This document shows positions 1-12,734 of a stretch of 64,000 bases of DNA, one piece after another. The notes beneath the pieces are model-generated. The model was given only the letters and a program-made list of their open reading frames with translations, ran no database searches and had not been told where the DNA came from. The position numbers were made by a program, and so were the translations under genes. Numbering within the stretch: position 1 is the stretch's first letter; each line of letters begins with the position of its first letter. The DNA is from Mytilus trossulus (Eukaryota): assembly GCF_036588685.1 (NCBI RefSeq), contig NC_086377.1, forward strand, positions 19,654,001 through 19,718,000, in the 5' to 3' direction.

Positions 1-1744
1 GTTTGATATTGTTTTGCATTTATTCAACATTTGTTGGTATCATAGAGTGGTGTCATGTTACTGATTACCCGTACTGCTCTGTTAGTCTGGATATTTAAGC
101 ATATTTTTTCTTAATGATCCTTTATGACTTGTTCAAATTTATAATTAAAGTTAAGTAAACCAATATTTTTTTATCTCGCCTAGTCAAAAAGCGACTCATA
201 CATTTCCTGTTGCCAGCATTGGCGGCATACGTTGTGATTTGATCTTGTTTATTTGTGAACCACTAGCTAGCATAAGGTCACTAAAATTTGAATAAATGTA
301 GTTTATTTGTTATTGTATATTCCTTCACATTTATTCAAAATAATGTCAGATTCATATTTCAAAAGGAAGAGAAATAGCAGATCGCTCAGTGACGAAAAAG
401 ATTATTTTCAGAAGTCGTTTTCAACCAACTTTAAAGTTTTCAATAAAACGACCGACAGTTGCAATTGATGATAACCCGGAGATTGGTGGACATTGATAGA
501 AGAAAGGAAGATAAAGCTATTCCATGTAAACCAATGCAAATAAGATGGAAATATGCATAGACCATTGTCTTAATGTTGACAAATAATTTTAGATATTACA
601 TCAGAACAGTACGCTGAATGTGTGACATTCAAAGCAAAAGGTAATTTAACTGATTGAAAGACTCTTTAAAGACTCTTGTAGAATCTTTTTTTGGTGATGT
701 ACGGTAACCATGGCAACTGAATTTTAATATTAAAAAGCTCAGTAAAAAAATCAAATAGCAAATGAAGAATCAACACAAAAAAGTATTTAGAGCTTCCGAT
801 TTATATGAATTACAAGAATGCGAAATTTTATGCGATTATGATAAATATATTTTTTTAAGATACGTTGGGATATGTGAAATAACCCCTTTCCCCACTTTAT
901 TTTACAAAAAAACTCAATAACTCTTCAACAAAATATTGTTGAATCTTAAACAAAAAGTATACAGGTGTTCAGATTACATGTGTGCGATCTTTTCCCAATA
1001 ATCATAACTAGGTATTTTGAGTTACGGTGCGAAATGTAAAAAATGTGGACAGATCTTTAGATTGATATAATCAAGAAGTATGCAAAGTTTCATGCAATAA
1101 TGACCAATAGTTTTTTGAGATACGGCACGACATGTGAAAAAACACCACCCCTGTTTTAGTTACACAGTCCCTAAATTTAAATAAAATTTCTCCGACATAT
1201 TTCATACGTTAACACATGAATGGAATATTTGTAAAAAATAAACATCAAAACATGTTAGAAAGATTTTGATTACACGGACATTACGGCGTAAATCCTGTAT
1301 ATCGATTGTAATGAAATCAGTATACATAAACCTGTAACATCTGTTGTCATGATTATCTTTCAAAAATATTAAAATCGAATTTCCTGGAAACTAACAAATA
1401 CATTTGACATCTGTGTCATCGATCTCTAAAGTTTTAATGCAATAAACATTTTCCTAACAAAAAACGAGGGAAACGCATTAAATATAAGAGGAGAACAACG
1501 ACACAACACTAAAATTTAACACACACAAAAACTGACCAAGCATCAGACATTTTCCTAATGTATATTTAAAAATGTCTTATATATACAGTAACAAGAAATA
1601 AATAAAAAGCGCAACAGTTTGCAAGCACCCTTACACATTAAATGAACTTGTTATTGTAAAACACATTCATAAATATTAATATGGCTACCAAAAAATTGTT
1701 ATTTTGAATTTCTTTGAATTGCTCCAAAACACTCTCCGTTTTCT

Positions 1745-1990
1745 ATCACAGGAATAGATTCGTTTACCCAAAACATAATTATCAGTTATACTCGAGTAAA
1801 AGAAAAATGAGATTGGTCAAATAAAGTACGAAATTGAAGAGCTTTGATAAACACAAACTAAAAGTTTTTCAAAATAGAGCCGAGTTGATATATTTCTGAG
1901 TTGAAAAGCCTTAGCATTTAAAAAAGTAAACATTTTGTTAACAGTCGATTTATAATCATGACCATCAAATGAGATAAAAAGTGCTTACTC
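1745..1990 (-). mobile_element. Heavily decayed retrozyme monomer
   Basis: aaataaagtacgaaattgaagagc...atgaccatcaaat aligns with the retrozyme body at 13900-14060 and 27710-27900; the hammerhead core is eroded. Confidence 0.5.
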
Positions 1991-4137
1991 GTTATACACA
2001 GTTATACAATAATGCAATAACAAAAAGTAATTTAGTCTACACAATTTTTTATCGAAAATGCTCCTAGAAAACACACAAATTACATAAAATAAGTAATGTA
2101 AAGTTTTGACAAAGGGCCGTACAAACCAGCTTAGAAATAATCTTCAAATTAGTATATTGTCATCTTTATATCATGGTTGCTACATGTAAGTTAACGTCTA
2201 TCACTTGTTCTTATTATAAAAAAAATTAATTGAAACTTCTGTGTATACATTTGACATTTTCTCTTAACAAACCAGTGGTACCTAGCGCACATTTCTTTAT
2301 CTTTTCGAGATAAGTTAAAATGTGTCACATTTCTCATTATGTAATTTATCAATACGGCTTATGACTTCATTTTTTTTCAACTGATTTGCATAGTTTTTTT
2401 TATTTGATGTTTGCACTACCCTAAAAGAGGGGATGATTAGGCGTTTACAAACCTGTGGACCCCCGCCAAATCTAAATCATTAAAAAACTAAGGTTTCAAA
2501 TCTCTCAGGCAAAATTGGCATAAGGGGGCGACCATTTGATATCCTTGGGGAGGAGGATTTTGAAAATAAATAACTCAGCCTTGAAAATCACAAAAAAAAA
2601 TGGTTTGTTCTGTGTAGTTTGAAAAAAAAATATACCTGACTTGCAATGTTATTAAAATAAATAACTCAGCCAGTCTATTAGAAAGTATGAGATGGCACCA
2701 GATTCTTCATAAGTTCATCTTCTTTCCAAAAAAAATAATCCGGAATCACTTTTCATTTTTTTTTAATAATAAAAGTATAAAGCTTATGTTAATATACTTG
2801 ACATGTCATTTGGTTTCATTTAACTTGAGGTAAACAATGTTTTGTATCAGGAAACATTAGCTCACTTTTGTTTTATTACAGGGCCGTAACTACATTGAGG
2901 CAAATCTCTCATGTAAGAACTTTCAAAACCAAACGATTTTCTACATATCAAATTATGTTCACGGCGAGTGCCTTGCAAGAAGCAAGTTCTGTTTTAACCT
3001 CAGACGTAGCCTTGATTTTCGGGATAAATGTTTCTTATTTATTTTTCTTTTTTAGTGCACTTCTGTATTTTGCTATTGTTGCATTCCTTTTGTAATCTAG
3101 TAATTGTGTTATGAACTTGATCATGAGTTTAAAAAAAACCAGCAGCCACACATTTAACTATGTGAATTCCATGTTTTCTTTATCATGCACATTGGTCTTT
3201 TGATGTTGTCTCTAGAAACGTAAGACTTACACCATGTACACTGAATTTGTACATTTTGTTTTAAGACCAAAATATCGTCAAAAAATTATTAAAACAAAAC
3301 TTGCATTTTTAGATTATCAAAGGGTCTTCGGAACACACAGAAAGCATGATTTGCATCATTTGTTTTATAGCATCTTGGGCCTTGAGTGGCTCCAAAACCC
3401 TTCAAAATATTTTTATCTCGCTCTGCTCGGTCAAATATGTTTCCCAATTCTTTTGAAAAGGGCTAATTACAAAGAAACATTGATACTATGTTTGTATGCT
3501 ATACATGTATATGCAGTTCGGAATATAAAAGATTCATTTCTGCAGAGGATGATGCTTAATTCTGATTAAATGGTACATAATGACTTGACTATACATGTAT
3601 TATTTATAATAAACAAATCATTTAAAATTGTATGTTTTCGAATATCAGAAATAAAGTAGTGAAAATGAATAATCGGGCCCTTGCTTTAATGAAAATGAAA
3701 AATCTTGCTTCAATTGTGCAGAAAATGAATTATCAGTCCGCTTAGTTTACAAAAATAAATAAACGATAAAAAAAAAGTCCTTATTGTTGACTGAAAGTAT
3801 GGATGTTCCCAAATATTGAATGCCGTACGCGTACATTTGTATGCATTTGAACTTTGCTGGACAGTTGTCTCATTGTCAATCATACCACATCTTCAAAGTT
3901 TCATATTGAAACCAGATGTATTACTATGTAACTTGTTTCTTCTATGGTGATATGGTTGGAACGTGTTTTTTTAAATGCTTCGCTCGTCTCAATATCTATG
4001 GTAATATGGTGAAAACGCGAACATTCTACTCAGCATTAATCGTAATGTTTTTAAAACGAATATACCATAGTGTTCATCATGTGCATATATTTAGCTATTT
4101 AATAGGTTCCATTGCAAGCAGTAACAATATAATGAGG

Positions 4138-4211
4138 TAACGATTAATTAACGTAACGATTTATTAACGTAACGATTAATTAACGTAACGATTAATTAAC
4201 GTAACGATTAA
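4138..4211. repeat. 16-bp minisatellite (TAACGATTAATTAACG), about 4.5 copies
   Basis: Directly visible. Confidence 0.9.
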
Positions 4212-4606
4212 TAATAATAATAAAACAGAAACAGCATGTTACAGTATCGTTGTATGGTGTATTTATGCATGGAACAATTGATTTACTTTCAATGAATTGT
4301 GTTTGACATGTTAATTTTACTATATGTGAAGGGCTATATTCTCATGAACTGGAAAATCATTTTAATTGGGATGAAACGAGATATGTTTTCGAATATTTAA
4401 AAATGCAAAAACAATCAATACTGATTCGTGAAAGGATGTGATACTATAAAGAAATGATATGCGACAACTAATGGTAATGTTCCAAGTACCAATGGAGCTA
4501 TTTTCGATAGTTGACGTACCCCCCCCCCCCCCCCCCCCGTTTTTATATTTTAAAATTTATACTTTTTTTCTGTTTGTTCGTTTGTTTGTTCGTCTGCCCC
4601 GATGCA

Positions 4607-5230
4607 GGTTATCTTGACTTACATCTAGAAATTGACAATGAGGGTCGACTGAAAACAAAACTTTACGACACAAGAGATGATTTCAGCTTTCCAATTGTGA
4701 ACTTTCCATTTCTAAGTAGCAACATTCCAGCAGCAACGGCATACGGGGTATATATCTCCAAATTGATACGATATTTCCGCGCATTTCCTATCATGATTTT
4801 CTTGATAGAGGGTTGCTGCTCACAGGGAAGGTATTAAACCAAGTGTTTTACGGACGCCATAACGAGTTAATTGACCTTTATGAAATAACCGTTTCAAAAA
4901 TTATATCGGATATGTTCCTTACGTCGTAACTTCCATCCCCTTCCCTTTCATGAATGTGACCTACCAAATTAGACTATCTACCGGATTTGTTATCACATGA
5001 GCAACACGATTGGTGCCACATGTGGAGCAGGATCTGTTTACCCTTCCGATGTACCTGAGATCACCCCAAGTTTTTTTGGGGGTTCGTGTTGTTTATTCTT
5101 TAGTTTTCTATGTTTTGTCATGTGTAATTTTGTTTGTCTATTTGTCTTTTTCATTTTTAGCCATGGCGTTGTCACTTTGTTTTAGATTTATGAGTTTGAC
5201 TGTCCCGTTGGTATATTTCGTGCCTCTTTT
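4607..5230 (+). mobile_element. Penelope-like retroelement (Naiad-type) 3' fragment: RT C-terminus plus 3' tail
   Basis: YLDLHLEIDNEGRLKTKLYDTRDDFSFPIVNFPFLSSNIP..AYGVYIS.LIRY is a PLE RT thumb region; frameshifted. The tail matches 38040-38418. A further small RT remnant lies at about 5460-5560. Confidence 0.8.
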
Positions 5231-5989
5231 AAAGTTTTTGGTCAAGGTAGTTAAGGATAAAGAAACAAAGTGCACATGTTCCCTATGGTATGATCTTTGT
5301 TATGTCAATGCAAAATTAAATTTTGTGACCAAATTTCACGGTCCATTGAACATGAAAAACGATAGTGCGAGTGTACTAGGGGCACATTCTTGTTAGTTAT
5401 TGTCCTTAAACTTTACGTTCCGCTTTATAAATGATGTCCTCTTATTAAATAATTAATACTTTGGTGACTACGTTGAACCCATTTATTCTATCGAACTTGA
5501 AATAAGAGACATAAACACTGAAAAGTGCCCTTTATATTGACTGACATCTTTACATTGAGAATGACTAAACATTTAACAATAAAGAACTATAACATATATA
5601 AAGCAAAACGCCATTCAATACTATATACATTTACATAAGAAAAGTTTGCATCCGTCTATTTGACAAAACATATATTGAAAACGATAATGTCAATTAAAAA
5701 GAGTGGACAATAAAAGAAACCAACGGAACACAAAATTAATGAAACAAGTAAAACAGCGACTGAAATAAACAGCAGCACTTAAAGACTACAACATGTTTTT
5801 CACACATAACATATTCAATGTTATTATATTACAATAACTATTATAATTAAAAACAAATTGTTCTGAGAACGATTCACTTTGATATGAATATACAATGTTT
5901 TAAAATACGGTTTAAAATGGTATATACAGTGTCAAATGTTACATTAATGTACGCTGATTTAAAAAATATATGTTTTTAAACACTTTTGT

Positions 5990-6700
5990 TGAAATGAGGG
6001 AGATTGGTTGTTACTTTCGGTCTGAAAAGTGTCACGTCGTGTATCATTTGATAGTTTACTTCCGGTTTACACACAGTCTTTTCCGGATGGATTTTTAAGG
6101 TCATGTAAATTGCAACTTACTGAAAAAAAGTCCCTTGGCTTTATAGAGATTAAACAAAGATCAAACTATAAACGTTAATTAAACCTTGACCTTGAGTTCA
6201 ATTTCAAAGTCATAAACCAAGGAACTTTTATCAAATTACCCTAGGTCTTTATTATACTTGATAAGTGAGTTATACCACCATACATGTAGTAATAAAAATA
6301 AAAAGGGAGAAAACTCCTACTTACGGTCAACGTACTATTGTCATCAAACTTTACCTGTTACGACATGTTTGCGAATAACAATTTAGTAAACATAATTTGT
6401 CGATATCTTATATATGTTATATGGGTAATGAACATAATGAAAATAAGCCGAAATCAAAATTTAGAATATGACTTTGAACTTTGACCTTGACCTTATTTTT
6501 ATTTGGACCAAGAACCTCAAATTCATAGACCCTTGCCCTATATCCCTTATGGTTTATCTATTAGATATGCATATTTCTTATATCAGATGCATAAAGTGGA
6601 AAAAAAACTCATATGAAGTCTCCGGATAGCTGCGATTTAAATGTCCACTCTTACCATGAAGACGGTACATGCAATTCGGCTAAATGATTTTGTCGTAAAA
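5990..6700. repeat. Interspersed repeat (TGACCTTGA-rich, Helentron-like); inverted copy at about 29260..30160
   Basis: ttacttccggtttacac and tcataaaccaagga here are reverse complements of gtgtaaaccggaagtaa (29939) and tccttggtttatga (29780). Confidence 0.55.
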
Positions 6701-7548
6701 AAATGAAAGACCAAATATACAGGACAAAATCAACAGAAAAGGACATAATAACTATAAATAACTGAATGTTTCTTTGAATAAAATGTATTATCTTTCAATC
6801 ATACGTTTGTAAATATAATACTATCATGGATATATAAAGATAACAGAGAAACATCCAAGGAGCTAATAACATATCAAAGGTGTAAGAAAATAGACAAACC
6901 AATGACCCTTCATCCCTAGTGTGCACGTTACAGACTTACAGCACGTTGATTCAGTCGTATCAATATAAAGTGGATACATTATCTGTGTATTGCATGTTAA
7001 ACAGCCTATATGGAAGAACATCAAAAATACGATGTACAGTAGGACATGTAGAATGAAGTGTTTGTTTACCCTTTGGTAAATGCATCTGTAGGTTGTGGAT
7101 GATATATAACTTTGTCAAGTCAAAACCTCATATTTTCATAAAGCAGTAATCATTACATAACAAAAGACGACAGAACTCACTTATTATATACCTACAACAT
7201 TCAAGTTTATTAAATGATAATATATATCTCTGCTGCTATTCTAAAACATGAAAATTATCAAAAATGTTCGAAAAAACGTACAGTTTTTTTTTATTTTTTA
7301 TTTTAAATGCGCATTATTATATGAGAAGTAAGTTTCTATCAACATTTCAAAATTATGTACTATCAATGGTACCTGCGGGGCCGATATGCATAAACATCAT
7401 AACTTAAGTGTGTCTTAAATTTATATTTCAATAAGACTTTCCTTACTTAAGTGAAATTCTTTAGTCGTATGCATAAACTTCACTCAACTAAGGAATACTC
7501 AGATCGGAACCTTTCCCTAATTACCGCATGGTATATATTAACTCATTA

Positions 7549-8954
7549 GGCTACACCAATTTAATTTCTTGTTCTAAGGATTTTTGGACAACATTTGGGG
7601 CGAGTGAGATTTGATAATTTTATTAAAAAAATATTGAATTGGCATAATTGGCAAATTTTTGAGGCGAAGGTTGAAAAGTAAAGGCGAGCGATAATATTTT
7701 TTTTAAACACAAAATAGTAGGTTTTGACAATATTAAAACTTGATTTATCACTTGTACTTTGACATTTCTTTAACTTATTTTAATTTAATTTTTCCCAGTT
7801 TACTAAGAAATAATTAAATCTAGTCTATGTATGTGTTACTGACAATGTAACAATTTTCCATCCAAGTCATAATCAGTTTGGGGTAACCCCTTAAAGTTAT
7901 AAATATCCCTTTTATATGGTTTATTAGGGATCAATATAAGTTATGATATATTTGTCTGTACAAAAGGGCTCATATTTTCTCAAAGAACTATATATATATC
8001 TGGTATTAAATGGTCAAAACATGTCCAAGAATGTTTGTAATATTCCTGGACTTTAACCATGTTAACACATTTACTTTGACAGTTTTATATCATTCAAAAT
8101 AAGTGGACCCCATATTTTGGAAAAAAAATGTTTAAAAATGATGCAACTCTCCTCTTTTTGGGTACAAACATCTAAGTTTTCAAAGGTTTTGTATCAGTAA
8201 AAGACCCCTTGTCTGAGGGAGGGTTGTTCTCAACCCGATAATAACAAACAGAGGTCAAAGTACAGCCTTTTACACAGGGCTTCGATACAGACTAAACAAC
8301 AAGCTATAAAGAACCCCAAAATTATTAGCGTACACAATTCGAACAGGAAAACAAACGATCTAATTTGTATATCCAAACGGGAAAATACCAAGGCAATGAA
8401 CAACATCAACAAACGATTACTGCTTAACGGCAGGCCCCTGAATCAACCAGGACAGGTTCATAAACATGCAGCCGCTATGGTATGTATGGATAGTTTTGTT
8501 TCGACAGCATACAATATAATTGCAGTTGAAGGCAAATCCTTCAGGACTTCTTTGTACTTATTCTAACACATCGAACATTTTTAATAGCGAATATAAGTAA
8601 ACGGGAAAGAAACCAGTTTTTTGTTCTTTACAGGTATGTCCGCTGTTATAAATTTATATCGCAGCACTCCCACTTTGGATGAATAACTTTCATGCTGAAA
8701 CAAATTATTCTCACAGATATTTACACAGTGTGGTGGGGTGCTTTTATGTTTAAAATCGTTAAATACAGGTTAGACTGTGATTTTAAAAATAAATGTTGAT
8801 ATCTTTTTATGATATTTACAGGAACAAATAGTGCGGGAAATGGAAATGAGTACATCTCCGTATGTGGGAAGCGGCAATAAAAAAAAATATTCTGTTTTGA
8901 AAAAAAAATAGGTGCGGGCGGGTTCGTTGAACAAGGAATCAAATTGGCGTGGCC
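7549..8954. mobile_element. About 1.4-kb non-autonomous TIR transposon (Zator- or PIF/Harbinger-like), with a nested repeat
   Basis: Imperfect 26-bp TIRs GGCTACACCAATTTAATTTCTTGTTC and GAACAAGGAATCAAATTGGCGTGGCC; flanks tta and ttt. Confidence 0.6.
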
Positions 8955-10006
8955 TTTCAAGTACAGCGTGTAAAAGTTTGTTATGACAATTAACATTAAA
9001 TAATGAATTTATTGGTTTTATTTCAAAGAGCTTGTGTTATATTGATAATAGTATGTAAAACAATTCAATAGTACGTAACAGAGTAAAATGTCGAAACAGA
9101 TAAACAAATTGGTGTTTAAGAGAAAAATTTTAAGCTTGATTCTTTGATGGATGAGCACGGAAAACAAACAAAAATGTGTTGTCCGAATATTTCTCCTACC
9201 TTATTTTTCATTCATTGTTCATGGATGTAATAATTTCTGGAAACAGCAGTATGTTTTAAACTCTAACACAACACAATAAAGTGTTGATGGCGTAGCAACA
9301 GACTGAGTGTTGCATTGTCCAAACAATTTTCTAAACACTTTTTCAATTAGAATTTTACTAATCGTTAAAATGTGGGCTTCCATCTTTTTTTCCAGACCCT
9401 TTGCTCACTTCTTTCTTATGGGTTTAAAAAAATCTATTTCGATGTATAATTAACATTTCTATCACTTCCCTTTTAAATCAAATAAGAGGTGGGGATCAGG
9501 AATACTTTCCTTTGAATGAATAGATATACTAAGGCTTTAATCAAAAGTCTTTACTTAAACACATTACTACAGTCAGGTATTATCACAGGTGAAATCTTAC
9601 AGTGATTCCATAACCACTCAACATAATTGTTCCAAGTTGTTAATTTCACAAACTCTCACCTAAGTCCATCCTTTAAACTAAGTGGGATCTTCGGCGTTTT
9701 CTTATTATAAGTAGTTTTATGCATACCACTTACTTTTTTGTGGGCGTGAAATAACTTTAAAATTTTAACTAAGATTTCACTAAAGAAATACTTACTTGTT
9801 TAATATTTTTTACTCATACCACTTAGATAAAAAGGCCGGGATTCCCTTAACTGAATAGATTACTAAAGGGATATCTAAACTTAACTAGCTGTATACATAC
9901 GGGCCCTGTTCTGTAAGTACATTACAAGTACTTTGTATTCATTATTATTTATATTTGTAATAAGTGATGTTGGTAAATAGTTAGAAAGATTTTAAGATGG
10001 AAAATA

Positions 10007-10212
10007 CCGTATAGCGGGTTATTTTCGCGAGTATAATTTAGCGATTTTCATTGAATTATGTATATGAAATATCTTTACGGTTATTATTTTGGAGGATTGA
10101 AAACGTGTATCATACCTTTGCATGTGAACTTTTATATTGGCGGAATTTATTGCGGCAGTTTTGTTTAAAATAAGCGAAAATATACACCCCGCGAAATTAA
10201 CCCGCTACACGG
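10007..10212. mobile_element. About 205-bp MITE with CCGTA termini (Tc1/mariner, Tc2-like)
   Basis: TIRs CCGTATAGCGGGTTATTTTCGCG and CGCGAAATTAACCCGCTACACGG; related copies at about 50838..51046 and 62581..62750. Confidence 0.75.
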
Positions 10213-10710
10213 TTGATAGAGATTGATAGAAAGATTATTCGAGCTATGATCTCTTAAAAGCATTAAACATGTTAAATGCAAGTCGTTAAATGAATATGGA
10301 CTGCCAGCGGCGTTGAATATGACAGATTCTTTGAAGACATATGAAAAAGATGGAAATCACCAAAGCAAAGGATCTTATACAAGGTGATGGCGATGGATGT
10401 AGATTCTGACGGAGAGGGAAGTCGATCTGACAAATAACTAGAACAGTTCCGCTAGCAGAAAACTGAAGATGGTATACATAAGAAGATAGATGAAGAGAAC
10501 GCATTTTTGGAAAGAAAATAGTGGAAGTAGAAAAGAGGTGTTAGAGTCAATGAAAGATAACCATTCAGGTAGGTGGCTTACATTTAAGTTCGCTGAATGG
10601 TCAGAAGATTAACAAAGAAGTAACTATTCTTTGGATCGGCAGTATGATATTTTCAAGAAAATATCATGATATTAATTTCTTCAGTTTCAAAGGCTTACTC
10701 AAATAAAAAA

Positions 10711-11345
10711 AAGAAGATGTGGTATGATTGACAATGAGACAACTACCCACATAAAGACCAAAATGACACAAACATTACCGTTACCGTACGGCCTACAACA
10801 ATGAGCAAAGACCATACCACATAGTCAGCTATAAAATGCCCCGATAAGACAATGTAAAACAATTCAAACGAGAAAACTAACGGCCTCATTTATGTAAAAA
10901 AATGAACGAAAAACAAATATGCAGCACTTAAGCAAACGACAACCCCTGAATTACAGGCTCCTGACTCGGGACAGGCACATACATAAATGATGTGGCGGGG
11001 TTTAATTTGTTAGCGGGATCCCAACCCTCCCCATAACCTGGGACAGTGGTATAACAGTACATCATAAGAATCAGTAAAAAAGGCTTAACTCATCAGAAAG
11101 ACAAATATGCAAGTGGACGTGGCCGGGTACTTATACATCTCGACACAAAAAGACGTAATGAACAGATCTGAGAGTACTCGCAGTTATTTGACAGCTAGTT
11201 CAAAGCCACTAACAACTAATAAAAAGATCATGCCTCTAAGACTAAAAAATCATTCCGTACACATCCAACATATAATGGATTTAGTGTAAAAATGTCATAA
11301 ACAGCCAGAGAAAAACATGACCTTGTGCAATGCCAAGTTAAGTCA
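10711..11345 (-). repeat. Interspersed SINE-like repeat family A (unclassified)
   Basis: Shares the end gatgtggtatgattg.caatgagacaac and its body with 17745..17975, 43945..45545 (interrupted) and 57285..57960, plus short tails at about 3860, 31135, 40600, 47285 and 61500. Confidence 0.7.
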
Positions 11346-12734
11346 ATTGTGTGGACCTGATAATAAACTTGTGCAATGCAAAAGTACAAAATGTATGTCA
11401 ATTTTGTGGACCTGATTTATTAATATTCTAGTATTGCCTTATCTGTTGTTGTTGTTGGATGTTTTTCCGTTTTTTTTGGGTTTTGTTTGGGTTTTTTTTG
11501 TTGCGGGATTGTTTGGCGTGTTATTTTTGCTTGGTTTGCAATTTGGTATACTCTTGTAAATGTATGAATTATTTGTTTAATTAATTATTTTAATAATGTT
11601 AGGAAAAATAAAAGTATTATTTATGTTGTTTCTTATTCTGATTCCGAGATAATTTTCTTTCTACAAATCATTTGAAAATCTCATGAACTTTATTTTATCG
11701 TCCACTGCGTATTTCATAACAAATGGAAAACGTACCTTGTATTTACTCATTTAGTGCTTTTTGTTAAAGGCTCCGTGTTGAAGGTGGTACTTTGTCTTAT
11801 TGCTTTTGTGTTTATAAATGTTGACTTTGACAGAGAGTTGTATCACTAAAACAACATCTTCTGATTCATATTTAGGTCATGCAATATTTAGTTTTGCAAA
11901 CGAGGGACGGTGAAACTCATAGATTGAAAAAAAAAACCGACAAGGCTATGGCTCAAAATAAAGACAAAAAGAAAAGTAATAGTACAGAAGACACATCATA
12001 GAAAAAAATATAGACTTAGAAACTGGGGGGGGGGGGGGGGGATCATATGCTCCATGAGGGTAAGCAGATGCTGCTCCACATGCAGCACCCGTCATGTTGC
12101 TTATATTATTACAAATCCAGTACAGGGTCGGTTTTGAAATATGTAGACAGCTGGGCGACTTGTTTGTTTGGAACTGTATGATGTTAAATAAAAACAAATA
12201 CTTTTCAAATGCTTTTTATTTCATTCAACAAAATAAACTTGAACTGAAAGTATAGCCAAACCTAGAAATATAAAAAAAAAAAAACAGAATAGAAAATGGG
12301 GTATGTAAAGGCAACAGTAGTTTACCGCTGTTCAAAAGTCATAAATCTAGTTTATACAGTACCGATGTGGCATCTCTCCATTAGAGACCAGATGAAACAG
12401 AACATCTATCATTTGTCATGATAACTTATTCGTAATTTTTACATTTGTGTCATAATGGCGGTGTTATTAAATGTTACACATTAATAGGTTTTTTTTGGCA
12501 TTAAGCAATGTATTACGTTTAGTAAATGACATTAACGTACCAATGTTTCTGAACTAGATGCAGGTTTCATGTGTATTGAGACATTTCCAGTGTTGTAACG
12601 TTGTCAAATGTTTTCTATAATGTTTCAATCGTCAAAGCATTTTGGAAGATACACTGTATGCACATAACAATCTATCATATTCTTTTGAAATATATAAATA
12701 CGTTTTATGTATACACATTTTTAATAATAAGATT

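Noticed and set aside
2521-3780. Complete MITE starting taagggggcgaccatttga, and ORFs 2868 and 3234
   Set aside because: No matching right TIR was found; the ORFs have no recognisable motifs and low-complexity AT-rich composition.
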